The notes: generated by a model not told the origin, from the sequence alone. Shown: positions 13,340 through 25,900, counted from the first letter of the stretch. The stretch is DNA of 64,000 nucleotides from Eledone cirrhosa (GCA_964016885.1 OZ024747.1:62186001-62250000); one strand, 5' to 3'. A program made the numbers and translations.

Positions 13340-13371
<32 letters not shown>

Positions 13372-13381
<10 letters not shown>

Positions 13382-13635
13382 AGAACAAAAGATGGTTAAA
13401 GGAGTTCCATGTATTTTATTATGCGCATTTCAAGAACAAACATCATCATGCAATAATATTTGTGTTTTCATCAGATAAAACAGGAGGACATGATATGAAG
13501 GCTAAAAAACACTTGTGGATAGTGCAGTTTTAAATCAACATATCAAATATTATTGCATGATGATGTTTGTTCTTGAAATGCTCATAATAAAATACATGGA
13601 ACTCCTTTAACCATCTTTTGATCTTATATATATTA
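13372..13635. repeat. Long inverted repeat (~90-bp arms, ~85-bp spacer)
   Basis: ATAATATATAAGAACAAAAGATGG...GCAATAATATTT pairs with AAATATTATTGC...CCATCTTTTGATCTTATATATTAT with few mismatches. Confidence 0.9.
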
Positions 13636-13724
13636 TGTATACTCCAGTCCTACAAACTGTAGAGTGCTTCTTATCCGATATCTGCATTGCTTTATTGTAC
13701 TACAATAAAACTCACCTCCTACAT

Positions 13725-13758
<34 letters not shown>

Positions 13759-14080
13759 TGTGCTCATTTGAATGCATTGTATTTATATAACAGGCTGAAT
13801 GAGTTGGCGTGTATAACCCAATGAAACTTAAGTACTTGTTTATGTAACTATTGTAACTAATTATATATGTGTGTGTGTGTATTCAATTACATTCAACAGT
13901 GTATGCTTTTCTATATTAAACATAACTTCCACTTGTACTAGCATATATACAGAAACAAATTACGTTCGGCCATTTGTGTTTACATTTTAATTTTCCTTCT
14001 GAAAATTTCATTTTCACTTTAATAAAACCATAAAAATAGACGTTTCTTATGGAGATCATTGACCTCGACTGCTAATTTTG

Positions 14081-14114
<34 letters not shown>

Positions 14115-15259
14115 ATTGTCTTTGTCCTGTGCACACCCTATTTTGAATATATATTCTAAAGTCTAAATCATGAGGGCTTTTTTTAAACATACATTAGACC
14201 TTACACCGCCCGGCCTGTTTTTCGCTAGTCTTCTTTCTTACCTTTTCTTTGCCTCAGTTTCTTTTTTTGTCCACAAGCTGGACAACAGTCCTTTATTCTC
14301 TTCTTTTTTATTATTTGTCTCCTTTCTATATTTTTCTCTTTTGGCTAAGACCTGGTGCACTCTATTTGTGTAATTTGCCTAAAGGCATAACTTGTCTCTA
14401 CCTCTTTTGTTATGTCCCAATGTGCACAGGAATGAATGGAATCAACCTTAATGCACTGAAACCATAGTGATTTCCAGAGGTGGACTGAAGAGATGGGACT
14501 CTCCCCCCCCCCCATTGATTTTGTTCTGTGTGCACCCTATTTTGAATATATATATAATTGTATATATATATATACATATATATATATAATACACGCAGTA
14601 CAACCTGTCAATGGTAATGCAGTTACCACAATCAAAATGCACCCACTATTCTCTGTAAAAGGGTTAGCATTAGGAAGGGCACCCCATGTATGAGCAAGAG
14701 GTGGTCGCCCAACCTGACTAGTCTCAGAATATATCAGCCATCAAATCCATGACATCATGGAAAATAAATGTAAAATGTTGTTGAAAATCTGTAAAACCTT
14801 TGTGGGCTTTTTAAACCTGGCAGAGCTCATCCCCTCCCCATGTGTGAACACAGCAGATTTCATCCAGAGAAGAAGTGAGAGAGTGATAGAGAGGTAGTGA
14901 GAAAGAAATTATAGAGGAAGAATCAACCCTAGTACCAGATTGGTACCTTTTTCCTGACCTTGAAAGGATCATCATTTCCGTTTAGCTTCAATTCTTCCAT
15001 ATTTGCACAGGTTAGTTGGGTTATTCATGCCAGGGGCCATGTCTGGTCATGATTGGTCATGTCTCACCTTGATCCAGCGAGGACTATAAATTTGGCTGGG
15101 TATTTTACAGCTGGATGTAAGGCAAAATTGACCTCGGCAGGATCTGAACTCACAGAGTAGAGAGGGCTGAAAGAAACAGTGAAAAGTATTCTATCTGACA
15201 TTCTAACGACTTCAATTCTCAATTCTCCACCTAATAATATGTATGTTGTTTCATTTTAG

Positions 15260-15456
15260 CAAAGAAGGTTTTCTGCCATCTAAAAAGATGCGTTTCGACA
15301 AATGCGAACCCACCAATCTTGGATTCCTACTATGATCTCTGCAAGTTGGGTGAGCTGAAGGCTGATGATCACCAAATTAGTATCATTGGAAACCTACAGT
15401 CTCTCCAAGACCATTTAAAGGACTATAAGCCAATTACTTCAACCTGGATTCAAAAG
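15260..15456 (+). CDS. AFG1L: AFG1L exon 2
   Basis: tttcattttag acceptor; ...LDSYYDLCKLGELKADDHQISIIGNLQSLQDHLKDYKPITSTWIQK resembles the AFG1L N-terminal helix region; AAG|gtat donor. Confidence 0.88.
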
Positions 15457-15464
15457 GTATTATA

Positions 15465-16111
15465 TATCTTCTCTCTCTTTCTGTCACACACACACTCTCT
15501 CTTAATAAATGGTGTTCCTTTTCTCTCTCTTGGCGTTCCCCCTCTCTCTATATAGATGTGGGTAATGTCACCTTGTCCCTCTTTCTGTCACACACACTCT
15601 CTCTCTTAATAAATAGTGTTCCTTTTCTCTCTCTTGGCGTTCCCCCTCTCTCTATATAGATGTGGGTAATGTCACCTTGTCCCTCTTTCTGTCACACACA
15701 CTCTCTCTCTTAATAAATGGTGTTCCTTTTCTCTCTCTTGGCGTTCCCCCTCTCTCTATATAGATGTGGGTGATGTCACCTTGTCTCTCTTTCTGTCACA
15801 CACACACTCTCTCTTAACAAATGTTGTTCCTTTTCTTTTTCTTGGCGTTCCCCCTTTCTCTATATAGATGTGGGTAATGTCACCTTGTCCCTCTTTCTCT
15901 CGTTTAACACTCCCCCTCTCTCTATATAGATGAGGGCGACGTCATAACTTTCTGTCTACCTACCTCTTTCTGTCACCTCGAAAACACACAGTGTTCCCTG
16001 TTCTCTCTCTATCTATGTACATATCTCTCACTTGGCACTCCGCCCCTCTCTATATAAAGTGAGCATGACAGACGGAGGGACAGACAGGCAGTGTTCTTAT
16101 TGTAATATAGA
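15465..16111 (-). mobile_element. Helitron-like 5' part carrying a 104-bp tandem repeat (~4 copies)
   Basis: Minus strand starts ATCTATATTACAATAAGAACACTGCCTGTCTGTC. GATGTGGG recurs at 15555, 15659, 15763 and 15867. No 3' CTAG end found. Confidence 0.6.
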
Positions 16112-16810
16112 TTATTGTTTCATGTCCTCTCTGGCTAGTGAGAGGCCATGAAAATTGCCATGGCTAGTGAGAACCTGTGTTGGCACCAGGAAGGGCATCC
16201 AGCTGTAAAATGGCTTTAAAACGTTAGTTGTTATCACCATCATCACTGTTTAATGTCCATTTTCCATCCTTTCACGGGTTAGACAGGTTTTCACATTGTG
16301 AGACAAGTTAGGTCATATGGAACTGTTTCTGGCTTGGTTTTTATGACTGGATGCCAGCTGGCCTTGCTTGAGGGTCCAGCTGGATCATTTGGAGACAGTT
16401 GCTTCTGATAGAACCAACTGGAAGAAATGTTCAAGGATTCTGCCTCCATGACCCTCTTAAGAATAAGTGGGCAAAGAAGATATATATATATATATCTATA
16501 TATATATATGCCATGTGCATTCTGGTTTAGAATAAGAAACTTTTGTGCTGTAAGAAACAATTAAAAGGGTTGGCATCAGAAATGGCATCTGGCTGTAAAA
16601 CATTGTCTCAAAACATCCTGTCCAACCCATGCTAGCATGGAAAAGTAAACAAAAACGATGATGATGAATCTAAAGTGAAGTGAACAATTTTTGTGTTTTT
16701 ATATGGGGCTTAAAATGACTCTTCCATGATGTAATTCTCAGTTTGATATTTCAGATATTATCTAACCCTTGTCACATATGTTTAAATATTTTCTCTAATC
16801 TTTGTCACAG

Positions 16811-16871
16811 ATATTCAAATCAAAAAATGACCCAAAAGCTCCAAGAGGGATTTATTTATATGGAGATGTTG
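16811..16871 (+). CDS. AFG1L: AFG1L exon 3 (first half of Walker A)
   Basis: cacag|IFKSKNDPKAPRGIYLYGDVG|gtagg. Confidence 0.95.
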
Positions 16872-17762
16872 GTAGGTTGGTGCCAATTTTGTTTTGTGTG
16901 TTTTTCTTTCCTTTTTTTTTTACTTTTCACTTTTCTTTCTGTTAATCCTGTTTAATGTTCCTGGATCATCAACATCTTCATCACAGACCTGCGAACCTTT
17001 AAAAGCCCAAATGAGGAGTACCATGAAAAAAAGTGCCCCAAAACGGGGAGAAATGGGGCAAAATGAGGAGATTTTACATAATTGTTTCTACTTTAGGCAC
17101 AAGGCCAGCAATTACCGGTGCATTACTGGTACTTTATTTTATTGACCCCGTAAGGATGAAAGGCAAAGTCAACCTCAGCGGGATTTGAACTCAGATCGTT
17201 AAGGGACGTAACTATGCTGGAAAGCATGGCATCCGACCCTCTACCGATACTGCCAATCCACCGCCCTTGGATTTTACATAATGAAAGCTATACCTATTTT
17301 CATAAGAGAAGACATCTCTCACCCACCCCAAAGTGGATGGGAGAGCTCTCTGTCAGATGGGGAGAGTTGACAGGTCTGTCATCATCATTATATTAATATC
17401 TGGTTTCCCTGCTAGCAAGGGTTGGATAGGTCGTCACAGACCAAGTCAGTGCTCAAGTGGAGTTACTGACCTCTCAGATAGGCTTATGTATGTTTCCTCC
17501 ACCAAATGCTAGAGTTGTTGGTTCAACATGGTAGCACACTCTGTGACAACAAAAATCATACACCATTGCTAATGAACTATAAGAAACCTATATGTTGAAC
17601 ATCTTGGATATTAAATAACCAGTAAAGACAGATTAGTAAAAAAAACCACACTTACTTTCTAATCTAGATATCGATACATGATAATTTACTTTAAGACTAT
17701 TAATTTATAAGCAACCTATAATTTTTGTATTGGCAGGGAGAAACAGACGTGTTAAATGATGA

Positions 17763-17799
<37 letters not shown>

Positions 17800-17803
<4 letters not shown>

Positions 17804-18100
17804 GCACAGTTCCCATGACTTTCGGAAACATTTTTTCATGCTGAAGCATGGAACAAACTACCTGCATCAGTTGTTAGCTGTCGAGACACTGCATCCTTTA
17901 AAACCTCCATGCTTTTTGAGATTCGCCAACACTACACCTAATGTTCCCCCTCCATACACATACACACATGTATATCATGACTCATACACTATTCCATTCC
18001 CTGACATTTGTGTATTATTCTATGTACCTTTGACATTTGTGTATTATACATGCACCTTTGACAAGTTGTAGTGCACCTGAACACTTTACACAATAATTTC

Positions 18101-18125
<25 letters not shown>
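17800..18125 (+). mobile_element. 3' fragment of the CR1/L2 LINE in AFG1L intron 3
   Basis: HSSHDFRKHFFML is nearly identical to the ORF2 C-terminus at ~30850, followed by the 3' UTR and (ATT)n. Confidence 0.85.
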
Positions 18126-18133
<8 letters not shown>

Positions 18134-18135
18134 TA

Positions 18136-18499
18136 CAGTTATCACCTGGTATTCATGGGGGCTACGTTCCTAGAACACCCGTGAATATTAGACGTGGTCC
18201 ATAAAAAATGCCTATAAACAACAAAATATAACGTAAAATACAATAAAAAAAGAGGGGGCATCTTATGAATAGGGGCGTTCAATAGGCCAGCAAATATGGT
18301 ATATTGTTATTAATAATTTAGCATTAAAAATGTATATATTGCCACGAAAAAAGCCATTAAAAAAATTGCAGAAGATATTTACGATTCCACGAATATGTGG
18401 TGGTTTCCACAAACAATTATTAGTTAAGTTCTAAGCAAAATTCTGTGAATAACTGGGGGACCGTGAACGTCGGGATTGGGAATGCTGGGGGGTACACTG
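18136..18499. mobile_element. Tigger/pogo-like MITE
   Basis: CAGT...ACTG termini within TA runs; the 5' end resembles Tigger/MER2-type TIRs. Confidence 0.55.
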
Positions 18500-18609
18500 C
18501 ATATATATATATATATCCATATGTGGTTGACAGCTGAGAGAAAGGAGTACTCAATACCGAAGTAGAGTTTTGATATTCATTGTTATTAAGGCTAAAAAGT
18601 GAGTCTTGT

Positions 18610-18647
18610 TACTCTAGAGTTTCACCTGTTTATCACAGTGTCATCAG
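18610..18647 (-). ncRNA. Hammerhead-like core with palindromic stem III
   Basis: CUGAUGA-CACUG-UGAUAAA-CAGGU-GAA-ACUCUAGAGU-A; stem I pairing not evident. Confidence 0.4.
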
Positions 18648-18832
18648 TCTTTGACAGCATTTGGCTGTTTTAACAGTTGTTCTTGCGATGAGTTTTCTCA
18701 TTTTTATATGTATCATTTATTTTTAATTTCTTAGCCTTTGTGAAGAAAAAAACTTCTGTTTATGTCTTTTGTTAATTTCAGTTCCTTCTGTTGAAAATGA
18801 AATAATGATATCCATATTTATCTATTGTTTAG

Positions 18833-18934
18833 GTTGTGGTAAAACCATGTTGATGGATCTCTTCCACAATAACTGTGTCATTGAGAAGAAACTCAGGGTT
18901 CACTTTCACGAATTCATGCTAGACGTCCATAAAA
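18833..18934 (+). CDS. AFG1L: AFG1L exon 4 (completes Walker A GDVGCGKT)
   Basis: tttag|GCGKTMLMDLFHNNCVIEKKLRVHFHEFMLDVHK|gtatg; RVHFHxFMLDVH is an AFG1 signature. Confidence 0.97.
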
Positions 18935-18984
18935 GTATGTCTTCTGCTTTTGTAGTTTTCTTGTTAATTATTATCAGTTAATGG

Positions 18985-19345
18985 TGGTTAATAGTTTCAC
19001 TAAATGTTTGTTAATATTATCACTAAATGCTGGTTAATATTATCAGCTATTGGTAGTTAATATTATCAGTTACTGGTGGTTAATATCATCACTAAATGCT
19101 GGTTAATATTATCACTAAATGGTGGTTAATATTATCAGCTATTGGTAGTTAATATTATCAGTTACTGGTGGTTAATATCATCACTAAATGCTGGTTAATA
19201 TTATCACTAAATGGTGGTTAATATTATCAGCTATTGGTGGTTAATATCATCAGTTACTGGTGGTTAATATCATCACTAAATGGTGGTTAATATTATCAGT
19301 GAATTTTGGTTAATATTATCAGTAAGTACTGGTTAATATTATCCC
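18985..19345. repeat. Degenerate ~21-bp minisatellite in AFG1L intron 4
   Basis: Repeated GGTTAATAT(T/C)ATCA(CTAAAT/GCTATT/GTTACT) units. Confidence 0.85.
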
Positions 19346-19424
19346 TAAACCACACCTGTAATACATACTGAATCTACACCTGTAATATATACTTAAATAT
19401 GAATGTTTTGACCGATTGTTTCAG

Positions 19425-19552
19425 AAATTCACAAAGTGAAGAAAGAAATTCCGAAACAGAATATAAATCGTTCTGAAGCTTTTGATCCAATTCCTCCTGT
19501 TGCCAAAGAAATTAGCAGCAATACCTGGCTTTTATGTTTTGATGAGTTTCAA
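19425..19552 (+). CDS. AFG1L: AFG1L exon 5 (Walker B)
   Basis: ttcag|IHKVKKEIPKQNINRSEAFDPIPPVAKEISSNTWLLCFDEFQ|gtaag. Confidence 0.97.
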
Positions 19553-19840
19553 GTAAGATATCTTAGTATGTTTTTCTTCTTCACCCACTTATTCTTGAGA
19601 AGGTCATGGGGGTAGAATCCTCAAACACTCCTTCTAGTGAGTTCTGTCAGGAACAACTGTCTCCAACAGATCCGGCTGGATTCCCAAGCAAGACCAGCCA
19701 AGCTCATGGTTGTTATCCAACCATCTTGCTCGGGGTCTGATATTTATTATTATTATTACTAGGGAGGGGTCTGATATTATTTATTATTATTGTTACTGCT
19801 TTGCAGTGTAGAGTTATGGCCCTTTATATTCTGATTTTAA

Positions 19841-20045
19841 CTCTTTAGCATTTACATTACTCTATATATACTATTGTAATTTCACGGTAAAGACCTTACC
19901 TCACATTATATTGAATCTACGAGAGTTTGATATTTATTTTGAGAACAATACCTTAACATCAGTATGAGCAGCTGGTTATGGCTACTTTGAACAGAAAGAA
20001 GTGAGAGAATTCTGGTCGGATATGGCCAGTTTAGATGCTAAAGGG
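19841..20045. mobile_element. piggyBac-like MITE copy (opposite orientation to 21704)
   Basis: Same TIRs and TTAA flanks. Confidence 0.8.
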
Positions 20046-20210
20046 TTAAATCCCACTGACATTAGTTTCACTTTTTATCATGATGGTGGCTGATAAAATA
20101 AAGTGGCAGAAAATAAGATACTGATAAAATATATAACTCACTGGGGTCGATTTAATCGACTTTCGTCTTCCCAAAAATGGTTGGCCTTGTGCCTAAATTA
20201 GAAACCATTC

Positions 20211-20400
20211 GGTGGATTGGCAGTATCGGTAGAGGGTCTGACGCTATGCTTTGCAGCAAAGAGTTACGCCCCTTTATGGTTTGAGTTCAAATCCCGCCGA
20301 GGTTAACTTTGCCTTTCATCCTTACGGGGTCGATAAAATAAAGTACCAGTAATGCACTGGATAATTGCTGGCCTTGTGCCAAAAGTAGAAACAATTATTA
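20211..20400 (+). mobile_element. tRNA-derived SINE with Meta-like central domain
   Basis: A-box-like TGGCAGTATCGG, B-box GAGTTCAAATCC, core GCCTTTCATCCTTACGGGGTCGATAAAATAAAGTACCAG. Copies at 1-140, 1755-1885, 17080-17270(-), 35050-35270(-), 41700-41810, 43105-43285, 53780-53880, 59200-59290(-) and 59580-59680(-). Confidence 0.8.
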
Positions 20401-21457
20401 ATATTATTATTGCAGTCATCTTAGATGCACATTGATATTATATAGGCAATGCCAACAGGGGAGTGGAGTTGGTGGGGTGGGGGAGTGTAAAGACATAACC
20501 CCCCCCATACACACACACACACACCACCGCCACCACCACCACCACCACCACCACCACCACCACCACACACACACACCACAAAAAACTAAGAAGAAAATAT
20601 GTTATATTCTAAAAGAACGTTCTAGGTTTATTATCATCATCATTGTCGTTTAGTGTCTGTTTTCCCTGTTAGTGAGGGTAGGACATGCTCTCATAGATTG
20701 ATCAGTATTCAAGCGGAGGCACTGATCTCTAGCTGGGATTGGGGCCCAACACATGATACCATGTTCTACTGAGTATGTTTTATGGTAGCATTAAAAACTA
20801 GAGAAGTTGTCATGTTCTTGACACAGCTCATGAACCCTTACAACCCCTGTACATTGTATCCAAGCAATGTCGTGAGAGGTGACTAAAATGGTTGGCACCA
20901 TAAAGGGATTTTGACCTCGAAAGATTGTTTCAAAAGGGAACTCATTATGGGTATGAAGTCTGACCTGGGACCCACTAATCTAACTCCTGCTTCAGCAGAG
21001 AAAATGAACTTAAAACGTTTATTGTTGTTGTTGTATTCTAAGAAAGTGAGGGCACATGCATGGCTTAGTGGTTAGGGTGTTTGGCTCAGGATCGTAAGGT
21101 TGTGAGTTTGATTCCTGGACTGGGTTGTGCATAAGACACTTATTCCATATTGCTCCTGTCTACTCAGCTGGCCAAAATGAGTTATACCTGTAATTGATGG
21201 GAACCAACATTGTCACACATTGCGTTGTGCTGAATCTTCCTGAGAACTATATTAATGGTGTACTATCTGTGGAATGCCAATTGCATACACATTAATTTCA
21301 TGAGCAGGCAGCTCCATTGATTGTGTGGATTGAAGCACCCATTGTTGGAAACAACAAACGTCCATTAACCACTACTATTTCTACCACCACCACCAATACT
21401 ACAACTACTGCTGCTACTACTACTAGTATTGTTACCACTACTACTGCTATTACTACC

Positions 21458-21494
<37 letters not shown>

Positions 21495-21703
21495 TTAGTA
21501 CTTCTACTAGTAGTACTACCACTGCTACTACTACCATCACCAATACTACTACAATTACTCCTACTGCTGCTGCTACTATTAGTACTTCTACTAGTAGTAG
21601 TAGTACTACTACTACCACCACCACCACAACTACTACTATTATTATTAATACTACTACTACCACCACCACCACTACCATCACAACTACTACTACCACTACT
21701 TAA

Positions 21704-21923
21704 CCCTTTAGCATTTAAACTGGCCATATCTGGCCAGTATTCTCTCACCTCTTTCTGTTCAAACCAGCTGTAGCCAGTTGCTCATACTTATGTAAAGGCA
21801 TTGTTCTCAAAATAAATAATATAAAAATCTCATAGAGTTGATATTATGTAAGATAATTACGTGAGATAAGCCTTTACCATGAAAATACAATAGTAAATGT
21901 TGAGTAATGTAAATACTAAAGGG
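21704..21923. mobile_element. piggyBac-like MITE (~220 bp)
   Basis: TTAA|CCCTTTAGCATTTA...TAAATACTAAAGGG|TTAA. Family members at ~1885-2079, 5004-5225, 19841-20045, 23044-23337, 25965-26182 and 45301-45505. Confidence 0.85.
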
Positions 21924-21951
21924 TTAAAACAACCATTTACACTGATTTCAG

Positions 21952-22051
21952 GTGACTGATATTGCAGATGCTATGATCCTGAAGAGTTTGTTTACTGAAC
22001 TTTTCAATAATGGAATTGTTGTTGTTGCTACATCAAACCGAATCCCAGATG
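21952..22051 (+). CDS. AFG1L: AFG1L exon 6
   Basis: ttcag|VTDIADAMILKSLFTELFNNGIVVVATSNRIPD|gtatg. Confidence 0.97.
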
Positions 22052-22221
22052 GTATGTTACATAAACAAATTTATTTTAACTGTTTTCTTTCTTTTTTTAT
22101 TTGAATTATAATAGAGTGTATTTCATTAGAAATGTGGTCATGAAAGGGTTTATTTCATGAGCCAGCTGTTCTGTAGATAAATCAGTTGGACCACTCATAG
22201 TTAGAAGTAATGGAGGAATTC

Positions 22222-22532
22222 GCCCACTTATTCCTGAGAGGGTCATGGAGGGCAGAGACCTCAAACACTCCTTCCAGCAGGTCCTGTCAGAAGCCACCAT
22301 CTCCAACTGATCTGGCTGGATCCCCCAAACGAGGCGCGACCAGTCAAGCTCATGGATGTTATCCAACCAACTTGCTGAGGGTCTACCCCTGGGTCTCCTG
22401 TCGGTTAGTCTTGCCCGTAAAATCTGTCCAGCGATTCTTTCCTGAGACATTCTAACCACATATCCATAGTATCGGAGCTGTGATCTCTCAATTCGTAGAA
22501 GTAGCAGCTCTACCTGAAGTGATTCTCTCATC
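22222..22532 (-). mobile_element. Second RTE-like LINE family 3' fragment
   Basis: IERSQLRYYGYVVRMSQER...RRPRGRP. Related pieces at ~5300-5485, 10530-10690, 16350-16470, 19580-19740, 27790-28145 and 36820-36950. Confidence 0.8.
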
Positions 22533-22822
22533 TCATATAGAGATATATATATATTGTATATATAGTCTAATGAGTATCAAAATACGGTTTCTATTTCTAC
22601 TATGTATATCTTCTATTTCTAATGAATATCTTTGTGTATGTGTGTGAATGTATAATATAGTGGGTTTCTTATATCGATGTGTGTAGAATATATTGTCTAA
22701 TGTATATCTTGTGTGTGAATGTATAATATAGTTAGTATTTTATATTGATGTGTATAGTGTATATATAATTTAATGTATATCAATGTTAGTAAATTTCACA
22801 CTAATTAACATTCATCTTACAG

Positions 22823-22881
22823 ATCTTTATAAGAATGGACTTCAGCGAGCAAATTTTGTGCCATTTATTGATATATTAAAG
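22823..22881 (+). CDS. AFG1L: AFG1L exon 7
   Basis: tacag|DLYKNGLQRANFVPFIDILK|gtaaa. Confidence 0.97.
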
Positions 22882-23043
22882 GTAAACAACATAGATTACA
22901 TCATCATCATCATCACCTGTCTGCTTTCCCATGGACAAAACAATTCTATAACTACATCTCATTAGATATTAAAGTCTTTACTTTAGTTTACTGCAAATTC
23001 TCACAACTATTTGTCCATTAGTAAAGACACTTTAAATGTTTAA

Positions 23044-23337
23044 CCCTTTAGCATTTAAACCGGCTGTGTCTGGTCAGAATTCTCTCACCTCTTTCTCTCC
23101 AAACCGGCTGTAACCGGCCACTCATACTGACATTAAGGTATTGTTTTCAAAATAAATAATATCAAAATCACATAGATTCAATATTATGTGAGATAATTAT
23201 GTGAGGTAAAGCCTTTACCACGAAAATACAATAGTAAATATAGAGTAATGTAAATGTTATGTGAGATACTTATGTGAGGTAAAGCTTTTACCACTAAAAT
23301 ACACTAATAAATATAGAGTTATATAAATGCTAAAGGG
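23044..23337. mobile_element. piggyBac-like MITE copy with internal duplication
   Basis: Same TIRs; the ~70-bp segment ATGTGAGATA...TAAATG is duplicated. Confidence 0.8.
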
Positions 23338-23729
23338 TTAAATTAATAAAACACCTGGAATTGAATTAACAAGATATTCTTATAAAGTACAAAACAACAC
23401 TATGACTGCAGAACAAAGTTTTCACAATAACCTGTCCACTATTTTAGACACTCTAAACACTTTAATTAACAAACCATATAAAATTGCATTAACAAAACAT
23501 TGTTATAAAGTACAAAACAACACTATAACTGCATCACATTATAAATTAAAGTTCTTACTCTAATACTGTTAATTTTCACAATCTGTCTAGTAATAAAGAT
23601 ACTCTAAACATTTGAATTAACAAACATGTTTTTAGATATTTTCTACTAAATCATTACAGGATGTTAAGAGTTAATAACTGTTGTATCCATCATAATTATC
23701 TACACATTTAAACATTTGTCTCTTGACAG

Positions 23730-23812
23730 GCTTTCTGTCATGTACTGTGTCTGGACTCTGGCGTTGACTACCGAATGAAACAGTTGGTTACTGAAGGGAA
23801 GACATACTTTTT
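23730..23812 (+). CDS. AFG1L: AFG1L exon 8
   Basis: gacag|AFCHVLCLDSGVDYRMKQLVTEGKTYF(L)|gtacgt; LDSGxDYR motif. Confidence 0.95.
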
Positions 23813-24499
23813 GTACGTAATTTCATCTCACATTCTGTTCTAAGTAAAGGCACATAGCATAGTGGTTAGAATGTTCGACTCATTATCATAATATTAGGGT
23901 TCAATTCCTGGTCCGTGAGGCACATTATGTTCTTGAGCAAGCCGTTTCATTTCATGTTGATTTTCATGATAGGACTAGGACTCCTATCATTGAAACAACC
24001 AAGAAAACTTCTATGGGATACAACCTCATAGTTGGCCAGTGTTAACTGTCTATTTTATTTTTAAGAGAGAGGAGAGACTGTTTTCACAGTCAGACAAATA
24101 TTTTATATACAAACACACGTTAAATTTTTATATCCACTTTTGTTGTTGAAACATAGTTGCTGGTTCAGTACCAAGCATAGTCATTAAGATAAAATGTTGA
24201 TTTCTGCACCACATGTGTTAATGTCAAAACTTCCTTTGGAAAAGGCACATAAATCTGTTCGCTTCAGTCTATTTAGCTGATAAGTAGGTTCCACATCAAC
24301 TTCAGAATTGAGTTGTTAATTATTTGAAAGAACTCCTGTGAAAACAGTTAACAATTACCTTAACAATGTACCAAAGAATTCAGATCTTCATAATCTATCT
24401 CATGCCTGATAGTTAGGAAAATTAGATGTGAAAAAGAAAATTTTGGTCTATAAGTATTTGAACTGATGAAGCTAATGGAATTTCTCTTGATTGTTGTAG

Positions 24500-24570
24500 A
24501 ACTTCAGAATCTGATTGTGAAATGAAAGTTGATGAAGTGTTTAGTACCTTGTGTGAGTCACAGAAAGCAG
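24500..24570 (+). CDS. AFG1L: AFG1L exon 9
   Basis: tgtag|TSESDCEMKVDEVFSTLCESQKA|gtgag; phases 2 and 1 fit both neighbouring exons. Confidence 0.9.
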
Positions 24571-25799
24571 GTGAGTCTAAGAACCTCATGCAGTTTAACT
24601 CAAGTAGACTATAATGAAATTATCATTTTGGTGGTCACCGTTTTAGCATATGTTGATGATTGCCAGTGTAGTATTTATGTGGTTGGTGTGTAAGAAATAT
24701 TGTTCAATGTTTTGTCTGGTTTTGTTATATTTTGTACAAAGGATCGCAACATACAGAGAGATGCCCTGCTGAGACGGACCTGTCCAACCCATGCAATTAT
24801 GGAAAAGTGGATGTAAAAACAAAAGTGATGATGTCGTTATACACTACGAAACAAATATAAACATCAAAATTACCAGTTTGGTTTTCCTTGTTGGTCTGTC
24901 TTGATTCATCATGGACCTGATCCTTATTCAATGGCGCCACAACACAACAAAACATTGAACAACAATTGTCTAACACTTCAAACACACCAACCAACCACAC
25001 AATTACCAAAATGGCAACCAACAACACATACCGAAAATTACCATTAAATAACTTATGATCTAGTACAGTAGTTCTGAATCTGGGGTCCACAAAAGTGGTA
25101 CTGAGCATCCGTAAGCTAAGTTAAAACTCTCATGTACTCTGTTAACAAAACAACATAAAAATTGAGAATCCATTCTTTTCTACATCTAAGCATTTCTCTT
25201 TTTCGATTGTTCCTCTTGTATAATAATCTGGAAGGAGAGTAACTGTAGTGAGGGGTTTAAATAAAAGAGGGCCTTCATAGTGAAAAGTTGGAATAATTGT
25301 GTAATGATATAGTAATTCTGAACCTAGTCTGTTGTTCTGTCATCATTTTATGCCTTCTTACCCATTCTGGCATGAGTTGGATGGGTTGTTACAAACCAGG
25401 CCAGTACTTAATCAGAGCTACTGTCCTCCTACACCGGTTGATGGACTACATCTTGCTTAATACATTTTGTTTTGGCATGGTTTCTAGATTTATCATGGTA
25501 CCAGCATTAGAGAGACTGTTGCACCTTTGACACAACAGAAAACTCCCTTTTACTCTTTTTTTGGCATGAGTTCTACAGCTGGATAACCTTATTATTGCCA
25601 ACCACTGGGTGCATTTCATCATGTCACCATGACTAGAGTTGACTTAAGATTTGTCAACTACTTTAGTTAAATGTCATCATATCACCAGCCCTAGAGTTGA
25701 CTGAAGATTTGTCAATCACTTTAGTTAAATTATTATTTTTTTTTAATTAGTTAGTTTCATTAAATTTCAAAAGAAACTTTACTTTGTATTTATTTCTAG

Positions 25800-25900
25800 C
25801 TGTGGAATCTCGTGACCTGAATATATTAGGAAGGAATCTCCGCCTTCCAGTTGCATGTGGCCGGTTACTAGACACTTCCTTTAATGCAATGTGTACTGAA
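25800..25900 (+). CDS. AFG1L: AFG1L exon 10
   Basis: tctag|VESRDLNILGRNLRLPVACGRLLDTSFNAMCTE|gtaag. Confidence 0.93.

Noticed and set aside
20211-20300. tRNA gene
   Set aside because: It has A/B boxes but no cloverleaf and runs into a SINE core; the same applies at 57131 and 21056.
21298-21773. Mucin-like poly-Thr ORF
   Set aside because: It is an (ACT/ACC)n tract inside AFG1L intron 5 with no splice support.
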